Of a stretch of DNA of 64,000 nt, positions 1-10,150 are shown piece after piece. Within the stretch, counting starts at the first letter, position 1. Every line of letters begins with the position of its first letter. Under the pieces are notes generated by a model. That model saw only the letters and a list, made by a program, of their open reading frames with translations. It did no database searches and was not told where the DNA came from. This DNA comes from Blastocladiella emersonii ATCC 22665 (lineage: Eukaryota > Fungi > Blastocladiomycota): assembly GCA_025594325.1 (NCBI GenBank), contig JANHCV010000002.1, positions 1,736,001 to 1,800,000 on the forward strand, given 5' to 3'. The position numbers and the translations under genes were made by a program.

Positions 1-88
1 CGTCGAAGTCGAACAGGTGCATCACGCGGCCGTACGGCCCGCGGCCCGCCGGCACGTCGCGGTAGGTCGGCGGCGAAGAGAGTTTCAT
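1..88 (-). CDS. 5' end of a gene running off the left edge; possibly a HAD-superfamily (Swiss-Army-Knife RNA-repair-like) hydrolase
   Basis: ATG at 88 on the minus strand reads MKLSSPPTYRDVPAGRGPYGRVMHLFDFD. HLFDFD resembles HAD motif I (hxhFDFDxT). Only 29 codons are visible. Confidence 0.35.
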   Translation of the reverse strand, partial: MKLSSPPTYRDVPAGRGPYGRVMHLFDFD

Positions 89-317
89 TGCAAGTGCGTG
101 GGGTCTAGAACGGATTGAGGGTGAGGGAGAGATAGGGTGGAAAGGGCGATCGGCGAGCAAGCTTTTTGAGTGCGAGACATTTTCGATCAGTCGTGTGAGT
201 CTCACATGATTTCGCGTCACGTCCACGTCGGTTCGCGTCTCCGTCGCGTCAGACCCACCTCATCCCGAGGCGGGTAGCACCTGAGGCGAGCCTAATTTAG
301 AAGCGCCAGTTATTGCA

Positions 318-2558
318 ATGAATCGATCGTACACGCCGCCGCGGCAGTGGCAGCTGAAATGCCCCAAGGAGCTCGAGGAGGACCTGCACGCCGCGCTGCA
401 GCTCCGGCTGTTCATCGTGCAGGAGTTTGGGCCCCTCAAGTTTGCCGTCCGCGACGGCGAGGGACAGGTGTTCCACGTCGTCCTCGGGTCCGTCAATGGA
501 TGACCGCATCGTCAGGCGAGTGAGTAGTTGACGTCTTGCTGCCTGGTTAGCACGCAGCACCAGTGTTCGTGCATCACGGAGGCCAGTAAAGAGGCCTCAT
601 GTAAGTTGCTCTGCCGCCACATCATCTGGTCGCTGCATCGGCGGCTTCGGATCGCCGAGTCCTCGCCGCTGCTGTACCAGAGCGGGCTCGCCGAGCACGA
701 GCTGTCGCGATTGACCGTTCCCTCGGGCGGTGTCGTGAGGTAAGCTAACTGCCTCGAGCGGCTTCATTCTTTGACTGACCGAGTGCTATCCCGGACGTAG
801 GAAGGGCAAGGCGAGAGCTACCTCGGCCTCGAAGAGCAAGTCGAGTTCGGTGCAGCAAAAGCCCATCACCGAGGACGATGTGTGGTACGGCCGACTAAAG
901 AGTCGTCTCGCGCAGTGGCATCTTGACTCACGCAGGGCTTGCCGAGTGTAGCCCGATCTGCCAGGAGACGTTCGTGAGCAGCACCACGCCCGTATGCTAC
1001 TGCCGCGGGAGCTGCGGCAACAACGTCCACGTCCCGTGCATGAAGCTCGTCGCCGAGCACCAGGTCAAGGCCATGGGCCGCGAAACGGTCGCTTGTCCGG
1101 TACGGCTGTCGATTCTGTCGTTGGTGGCACCAACAATTGAGCTCGCTTTGTTCGTCCGTGTAGTTGTGCCGCGCCGACTTCGGTCCCATCGAGGAGCTCG
1201 AGCAGCTCGACAAGGACTGGGAGCGCGAGCGCCGCGCGCAGACCATGAACAAGCGCACCAGCAAGACCGTCGCCCGGCTGCACGTCGGCGTCTACTGCCG
1301 CGGGTGCAGCTCGGCTGTCCGCGGCCGCTGCTATCGATGCACTGAGTGTGAGGTACATCTCTGTCTTGCTGTTGAACCATGCCACAACTGACCAACGTCA
1401 ACATGGTAGTCGTACGCGCTGTGCTCTGGGTGCTTTGACGATGGTCTCCACCGCGAGCATCCGTTCCAGTTCAAGGACGACCCCAAGGCGCCGTTCTGGG
1501 CCGTCGCTACGCGATGTACGTTTTCGAAGTCGGCCACGCGTTGCCTCGCACCGCTCACTCTCCGCACTGCGGCATTTTAGATCTCAAACCCGAGTTGTCC
1601 GAGTCCGAAGCCGCGGCGCTGCAGGTGCGTCGATCCTCATTCGTGGTCGGTGGTCGATGGTTGAGGCACTAACCACTCTTCCGTATAGTCTCGAGACCTC
1701 ACGGACGCCGACTACCAGGTGCTCACGAGCCTCGACCAGCCCAAGTCGATCCAGGGCTACCCGCGCCTGCACGCCGTGAACACGCTCCCGCTCATTCAGA
1801 TCCCGCGCTCCATGGGTCCTGCCGCCGACGGTTCCGACAGCAACACGAGCCAATGCCACGTCTGCCTAGCTGATCTCGTGGCCGGCGAGACGGTTCGCCG
1901 ACTGCCCTGCTCGCACTCTCGCTTCCACCACGACTGCGTCGACCGCTGGCTCATCCAGAACTCGACCCGCTGCCCCGAGTGTTCCGAGCACGTCCTCATC
2001 GAGCTCGCTGATCGGCCGGGCTTCTGTACGTCATCTAACGCATCATGATCGCCACGCGCCGGAAGCTCACGGATTCGTCGTGTAGTCGTGCCAGCTGAGG
2101 CCACCATCGAGCGCGACGACGAGGGTTACTCGTCGTTCACGCGGCGGCTCGAGGCCATGGTCATTGCTCGGCGCAGCAAGCCAAGAACGCGTCGCCCGGA
2201 GCGCATCGAGTCGGGTACGGGTTCTACCGCTCGGAAAGCAGCGCAGCAGCCGCTCAAGCGCGGCGCGACCAGCAGTGTCCCGGAGCTTCCTCCGCTTTTT
2301 GCCTCGCTTCTGATCGTGAGCGCGGCCGGTACAGCCGGTGGCCACGCGCATCCAACTGGCTCCGCGACTCGTTCGAGCACCACCACACCGTCGATGGCCG
2401 TGGCTGTAGCACGGTCTGGTCGGTCGCGCTCGACCAGGACAGGGCTGCCGACTACGCCCGTGCCGAGCGAGGTGAGCGCGACCTTGGAGCTTTCGGGATC
2501 TGCTCTGACGGTGGCCCTTCCGCGTATCGTGTGCTCCACGTCTCGACGAGGCGCGTGA
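318..2558 (+). CDS. ZSWIM2: E3 ubiquitin ligase ZSWIM2/MEX-like (SWIM-RING-ZZ-RING), multi-exon
   Basis: Spliced exons give a SWIM motif (CSC...CRH), a RING (CPICQE...[13 protein letters not shown]...CP), a ZZ finger ([18 protein letters not shown]) and a RING-H2 (CHVCLADL...[17 protein letters not shown]...CPEC), in the ZSWIM2 order. GT-AG introns are visible between them. Confidence 0.85.
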
Positions 2559-2863
2559 AAGTGCATAAATATAAGTAGATCCACGCGTCAAAGGGCTCGC
2601 CATCGATTTCAACGTGTATCACGGCTGTGAGACGCGACGCGACGCGTCGCGGTGGGGTGGTGGGAGACATCCCCGACGTTCGTCTCGCAGCATACGGCGC
2701 GCGCAAGTTCATGCGGGATTCGAGGCGCTCGATTGTCTGTGCGGCTCCTAAGCTCTGGAACTCTCGATGCAAGACGTAGGCGGAGTTCCTGAGCGCGACG
2801 CGCTGGTTCTCCGACCTCCGCGCTCGCCCGGTCCCTCGCTCCCCTACCCCACCACCACCCGCC

Positions 2864-5800
2864 ATGGCTGCAATACTGCGGCGCGCGTCTGAGCGCATCC
2901 ATGAACACTTTGAGAACAATGTATTCCTGCCCGACTCGAACCGGCTGCAGCAGCAGCGGTCCCTGACGCTGGCCGCCTCGGTCGTGCACCTGGTCAAGGC
3001 TCCGCTCGACGCGTCGTTCGACGACACGCCGCTCCCGCCCGCGGCGTACGCTGCCCTCGAGATTGGACTGGCCATCGTGTTCGTCATCGACATCATCGTC
3101 AACTTCAACGCGGCGTACCACGACGCCGCGGGCCAGCTCGTCAAGGACCCGCGGCTGATTCGCCGCCACTACCTGCGCACGCGGTTCCCGATCCACCTCG
3201 CCGCCATCCTGCCCTACGCCTACGTCCTGCGACCATGGGCCCCGCACCCGCTCGTCGCCTTCTCCAAGCTTGCCGCGTTTCTCCACCTGCACCGATGGTG
3301 GAAAACGGTCCAGGAGCGCGAGCTGTCCATCAACGCGTCGCGCCGCTACACCATGACCATCCTCTTCATCTTCGTCCTGCTCGTAACGCACTGGATATCC
3401 TGCTGGTGGTGGGTCCTGCAGTGGTGGATTCGCGACAATCCCGTCTCGTGGGCGCGCAAGAACGCGCACGCCGACATGTTCGACGCCCACTTCGACAACA
3501 ACGACTATGCGCGCTACCCGTACCTCATCAACTTTGTCGTCAACAGTACGTGAGCCAGCTTACCCGCGCGCGCCATGGTCTCCGGCCACTAACCCGGAAG
3601 CGCTCCTCGTGTGTAGCCATGACCATGCCCGGCCACGGGTTCTGGAAAGCGACCAACAACGTCGAGACGATCTGTGCTGCGGGTATCGCCTGGACGGGAT
3701 CAATCATCGTCTTCATCTACCTGGTACGGGCGCGGGAACCTGGTGATCGAGCCGTGCTGACGTCGGCCGTCGCTTGAGTAGGCAGTCTTCATCTCGTACC
3801 TGGCCAACACCATCGAGGAACGCAGCAAGTTCGAGCAGGAGGTGACGTGGGTCCGAGAGTACATGGCCGACCGTGGCCTGTCCTTCGAGGCGCAGGACCG
3901 CGTCGTCGAGTACTACCAGTCCATGTGGGATCGAAATCATGGCCACGTCTCGCACGGCCATCTGTTTGAGGATCTCCCCGTGGCGCTCCGCGCCGAGGTC
4001 ATGTACAAAGTGTCGGGACCGATTCTCGAGACGGTACGCGCACATGGCCCGCTACTCGGCGGCGGCGAACAGCTCACTAACGATTGCTTCGCTCCGTGTA
4101 GATCCCCATGTTCGCGTGCTGCAGCCTCACGTTCCGACGAATGCTCGCGCTCCGCATGAAGGAGGTCGTCTTCACGCCCGGCGAGGCCATCATCCGCAAG
4201 GGCGACTCGGGCAAGGAAATGTACCTGATCAAGTCGGGCCACGCGCAGGTCGTCTCGGACGATCTGTCGCGCGTCTGGGCCGACCTTGAGGACGGCGCGT
4301 ATTTCGGTACGCGCTCATGGCACGTCCAGGTCCAGCACCGCTGGCTCACGTTTCTCCTGCATCTAGGTGAGCTCGCGCTCTTCAAGAACCAGCCGCGCAT
4401 GACGACCGTGGTCGCCGCGCTCGAGACCGAGGTCCTGATCCTGACGCGCGACGACATCATGGACGTGTTCAAGGCGTTCCCCGACGACGCGGATCTCGTC
4501 ATGGCCGCGGCCAACGAGCGCTACATCGAGGTCAACCGCAAGAACTCGGTGATGCGCAAGAACCCGCTCCTGGCCAAGACGTTCCTGTTCCGCAACGTTG
4601 CCGTCGTCGACTCGGCGTCCGCGTCGCACGTCACGCTCCCGACGGGCCGCAGTATTGATGCGTCGGACCTGGCCTCGTCCAACAGTCTGAGCGGATCCGA
4701 CCCGCCATCCACGGCGTCGAGTTCACCGCGGCTCGCAAATGCAACCGGTTTGTCGACGGCCTCGCTCTTCGTCATGCCGAAACCGTCATCTCGGCGCGGT
4801 CCCGGTATGCCGATGCGGGCCAGCGGGACCTCGAGTGCGTGGCTCGCCGTGGCCTCGTACGGCGCCCTCAACGGGTCGCGGCCGGGCTCGCGGCCAGGGT
4901 CTCGGCCAGGGTCTCGGCCCGGATCCAACGGTCAGCTCAAGCAGTCGGCGCCGAAACTCAACAACTTCCTCGCGCCGCCCAGCCCGTCGTCCGCGTACGG
5001 CACGATCCGCCAGGGCCTCAACCAGCTCGCCAACAGCGCCGTTGTCGAGCCCATCATGCGCCGTCTGACGCTGCGCCACGTACACTTCCGCAACGCGACC
5101 ATCAAAAAGGAACCGTCCGAGTCCGAGACCAGCTCGCGCACGTCCGTCGACGATGCGCACGGCGGCAGCGTGTACCTGTCCCCAACGGGCGCCTTGTCGC
5201 CGCAGCAGTCCATGAACGGAGCCTTCTCGCCACCAACAGCCGGGCGTCGTAGTCCGCGCCGCATGACCATTTTCAACCGATTCACAACCCTGTCGCCGTC
5301 ACCAGCTGCGTCCGCATTCACGACCCCGGCTCAAACGCCGTCGGCAAGTGCTCTCCGACTCACGACGCCCGCCTCGCCGTCAAACTCAGCGATTGCCGCG
5401 CCCGCGTTCGTGTCCGCCTCGCCGTCACCGCTCCTGTCCACGCAGCAGCTCGACCAGGAAGCTGCCGGTTCTTCGGCGCCATCATCCTCGGCGGGCCCCA
5501 CCCCGATCCCGCTCGAAACCACCACCCCCGTCGCGGTCGTGTCCCGCCAACCGTCGACGCGGGCCAGCCGGCGGGGAAGCGCCGCAGCGCACCACGGCAC
5601 GTCGCCGCGCCGGCAAAGCTCGCTCGCGACGCTGCGCCAGCTCGTGCGCGAGTACCTGCGCCGCGACAACGACACCACGCACAACTCGGGATCCGGGCTC
5701 ATCTCGCCGGTTCCGGGCACGGTGCGGCGGTCTTCGCAGCGCGAGGGCGGGACCGAGTCGTCGGACGTGTCGCTCGACGAGTCGCGCCGCAACGTGTTCC

Positions 5801-6966
5801 TGTTCCCGCGCACGCCGCCGTCGCGCGGCCAGCCCGCGCTCGAGTCGGTGCCAGACAGCTCCGAGTTTGGCGATGAGTACATCCCGCCGCCAACCTCGCT
5901 CCCTGGGCCAGCTGGAAAACTGGTCCGCTCATCGTCGGTCCTGTCCTCGATTGGCGCGTTGCCCATCATGCCGGCTCCCGCGGCCGGCGTGCCCAGCGCC
6001 ATGGCCCGCAGGAGCTCCATCTCGACCGACCCTGCTCGGATGCGCGATGCCGGCAACAAGCCGCCACCCGCGCGACGCGCGTCCATGGCTCCTTTGATAC
6101 CCGGAACGATTGCCGAGCAATCGACCTCAACCATTGCGCGGCCGTCGTCTGTGGTGTCCTCGGAGCGCTCCGTCGTTCCCGCACCAGCGCCATCACTGGC
6201 TCCCGCAGAACGTCCCGTCGCCGCGGCGCCGGCGCCAAGTTTGCCGCTCGAGCACGACGTCGTGGTCTCCATCACGCCGGGCTCCATGACCCGCTCCGAC
6301 GACGACAGCGCCTCGCTCAACTTTATCAAGGAGACGGTGCTTGCGACGCGCGACGAGGCCATGCTTGACGACTCGCTCGGGTCGCTAACCACGGGCACGG
6401 GCACGGGAACGCCGCTCGACTCGAGCTTTTCATCGCGCATGCAGACGGCCGTCTCGTCGAACAACGCGAGTCTGTACCCGCACCGCACCACGGACCGCGA
6501 CCTGAGCTTGGCCTCGCCGACGACGCTCTCCACCATCAACAGCTCGCCGCGGCCCCCGCCGCCGCCGATCCAGTGGCACCGGCCGTCGCGGCCGTCGCTG
6601 CAGTCGATCCGCGACTACTACTCGCCCCGCACCGAGGCATCCACGTCGCTCCCGTGGGAGAGCGAGCAGCGCCGGCCGTCGCCGGCCATCAACTCGGCCG
6701 CGCGGCCGGGCACGCTCACGCTGTCCCAGAGCAGCTTCCACTCGGCCACGAGCACTCCTGCTCTCGACGCGGCGCCCGCAACGTCCGCATCCCGACTCGA
6801 TGCACACGAGGAGGAGGACACGGATCCCACACCGCTACCCGCGCCGCTCACCGCGAGCAGGCGGCACGAGTCCGTGTTCTTCAGCGCGGCGGGCTCGCTG
6901 CGGTCGGCGGCCAGCGTGTCCACTGATGGCGGCGGCGACGTCTTTTACACTGCGCCTGATGGCTGA
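2864..6966 (+). CDS. Cyclic-nucleotide-gated/KCNH-like 6TM cation channel, paralog 1, with a long disordered C-tail
   Basis: S1-S6 hydrophobic segments, a pore region (after removing intron 3546-3616) VNTMTMPGHGFW, a C-linker (REYMADRGLS...RVVEYYQSMW) and a CNBD (FTPGEAIIRKGDSGKEMYLIKSG...FGELALF...PRMTTV). The last ~750 aa are Ser/Pro-rich. ORF 4108-6966 contains an in-frame 60-nt intron. Confidence 0.9.
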
Positions 6967-7155
6967 AATCACTAGATCTATTGTTTTTGCAACTTCATGA
7001 AACCAACCTGCGAGAGAAACCCGATAGGCACCGCCGCCGCGTCCCTGCGCGCGAGCTGGGAGACACGGAGAATGGAAGGTTCCTCGAGCTCCCGTCTTGC
7101 GCTCGCAGAGCTCCCTCTTTACGCCGGCACTCCATGTGCACCCGATCAATCGGAG

Positions 7156-9918
7156 ATGAAAACAATGCAGTCAATGAAATGGATAGCCCGGCTCCGGCGG
7201 CTTACAGAGGATAAGCCAATTGTGCCGGGCAGCAGAGCCGACACCTTTTTCCAGTGGATCGGGTTCCTGGCGGCCACGGCCGAGTTGTGTTATGTACCGT
7301 TCGAGGTGGTCTTTGGCCTCGAGATCGCCAGGACTCCTGCTCTGAGTGCCGTGGTGGGCATCGCGCGTGTCGCCATCGCGGCCTGCATCGCGGCGGAGTT
7401 CGTGACGGCCTACTGGAGCGCCGAGAAGCAGCTCGTGCGCGACGCGACGCTCATCCGACGGCACTACCTGCGCGGCAAGTTCCCCATCCACGTCGTCGCT
7501 ATCTTCCCGTGGGACCGCATCGCCGACGCGATCTCCGGGCCGACGCGCAGTATCCCACTGCTGTTCCGGCTCCTGCACTTTCAGCGATGGACAAAGTTCC
7601 TGCGGCACCACTTTACGTCGCCACGCTCGCAGCGGTCGGCCGAGAGTGGGCTGTTACTGCTCCTATTCTTTGTCGTCGTCCACTGGCTGTCGTGCGTATG
7701 GTGGGGCGCACAGCAGCTCATCGGCTCCTCGTACCCCGAAACGTGGACCAAGATCACGTTCGGCGACCATGGCCACGCCGACGCTGCCGCCAGCTATCTC
7801 CGCTCCTGGCTATTTACCATCAATTGTCCGTCCGTCTTACGATGTTAATCGCCGTTTGTGCAGTTGCTCTTGCTCACGACCCAGATTGCTATTCTCACTT
7901 GCGTAGGCGTGACCATGCCCGGCTTTGGAGTGTGGAAAGCAAAGAACCCGGTCGAGACCTGGCTCAGCCTCAGCATCTTGCTCGTTGGCGCGGGCGAGAT
8001 GGTCCTCTCGTGGGTACGCGGTACTCGCTCACCTCACCGACCGTCTCTCATCATGGCCATGTGTAGATCATCGTGGCCGAGCTCATTATCAACGGCGTCA
8101 AGGAGCAGCACATGATCATGCTCGAGCTCGAGAGCGTGCTGCGATACATGCACGAGCACAAGGTTGCGGTCGAAGCGCAGGACCGCGCTCGCGTGTACTA
8201 CCGAATCCTGTGGAAACGGTTCAAGGGCTACCACCGTACATCGTGGATCCATGAACTGCCGCAGTGCTTCCAGACCGAGCTCGCGTACTTGATGCGCTGC
8301 GACCTGCTCCGCAAGGTCCCGCTGTTTGCGCAGTCCAACGATCTCGCGTTTCTCCGCATGCTCGCGTCGGTCGTGCAGGAGACGGTCTTTGCGCCCGGAG
8401 AGTACATTGTCCGGCGAGGAGATGTCGGCCGCGAGATGTTTCTGGTACGCTTGATGCTGCTCTCGTGGTGCTCAGGTCGCTAACTCCTCGCGCTGGTGAC
8501 TAGATCAAGTACGGCATAGTCCAGTTCATCACCGAGGACGGGGAATACGTCCAGAGCGAGCTCGAGGCTGGCGACTTTTTCGGTACTCGCTTCCGCAACT
8601 CGGCTGCCCGCACGCATCACGGCCACTGACCGCGGCCACCGCCCATGTAGGCGAAAAGGAGCTCTTCAACGACCGCCGGCGCGACGAGGACGTGGTCACG
8701 GCCACCGAGTGCCTCATGTACGTTCTCACGCGCGACAACCTCGAGAAGGTGTACAAGGTGTATCCCGCGGAGCGCACGGCCATGGACAAGCACGTGGAGC
8801 GGCGGCTCAGCGACGCCATGATGAAAGCGCCGCCGCCACCGCTCATGCCGACCACGCTCTTCCGCCGCGCCTCCGTCATGGTCCCGCCCGGCGGCGGCGG
8901 AAGCCCCATGGACGGCAGCGGCGCGCTCCCCAGCTTCCCGCACCTTGGCGCGTCGCCGGCCTCGCCCATGGCCAGCTTGTCGCGGCGCATGTCCATCTTC
9001 CCCGGCGCTATGGGCGGAAGAGATGCGCCGCCACCCGGATTCCAGCACCTCGGCGCGCCTACAGCCTCGCCCATGGCCAGTCTCTCGCGTCGCATGTCGA
9101 TCTTCCCCAGCACCGCTCCGGCCGGCGTTCTCCCGCTCCCCATGTCGCCGCTCCTCGGCAAGAACCTGTCGCTCCCGCGCACCGTGTCGCCGATCCCGTC
9201 CAACACGACGCTCGCCGGGAGCACCGGTCTCTCGATCCCGCCGTCGCGTGTCGAGTCCAACGCCTCGTCCATGGCCGAGGCGGGTCTGGGCACGACGACG
9301 GCGCTGCACTCGGCGCCGGGCTCGCCGCGCGCCGCACACTGCTCGCCGCTGTCGAGCATCATCGTGCCCGCGGGCACGTCGAGCCGCCGCAGCTCCATGT
9401 TGGTGTCGTCCTCGTCCGCGTCGCCGTCGCGCCGGAGCTCCATGGCCGCGACCACGTCGCCGCGGGCCGTCGAGTCGCTGCCGCGCCGCGGGACCACGTC
9501 GGGCTCCATCACTCCGCCACCCTTGGCGGCCACGTCGCCACCTCCTGTCGTCTCGCCGCGCGAGAGCGCGTCCAGCGGCGGCGCGCACAGCCCGCGGCTC
9601 GCGGCGCGCGCCTCGGTTTCGGCGCAGGCGGCGATCGAGGGGATCGCGCAGTGGCTAAGGACGGCGCCGAGTCTCGCAATGGGCGGCGGTGGCGGGTCGT
9701 CGTCGCCGCCGAATGAAGCTGCCGAGGCTGGTGCGACAGTCGCAGCTGGCGCGCGGCCGCCGCCGATTCGGCCTCTCGCGGAACGCTCGTGGTCGTCGGC
9801 GACGGCCGGGAGCGAGACGGCGCCGCTGGTCCGGATGATGTCGCGCGTCCAGAGCGTTGAGGCGGGGAGCAGAGCTGGCGGGGCGGTTCCAAGGGACGAG
9901 GAGAAGGCTGAACCATAG
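7156..9918 (+). CDS. CNG/KCNH-like channel, tandem paralog 2 (start codon uncertain, 7156 or 7174)
   Basis: Same architecture and several shared intron positions with paralog 1. Pore region INCVTMPGFGVW, C-linker (LRYMHEHKV...YYRILW), CNBD (FAPGEYIVRRGDVGREMFL|IKYG...FFGEKELF). Ser/Pro-rich tail. Confidence 0.85.
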
Positions 9919-10150
9919 AACTTCAATAGATTGTGTCTCTAGAGTCGTGTATCCTCGCACTGTGTGGTTGACGCAAGGTCCGCATCGGCGCACGACGCGT
10001 TGCGCCACTCAAGCCACCGCTCTCCGACTTGGCCACCGCGAGCTCTCACGACACCCGCATCCTCACGTCTTCGCCACGATCGTGGTATTACAGTGATATA
10101 TATAAACAATAGTGCGTATCCACCTCCCCTCCCATCCCCCTACATCCGCA

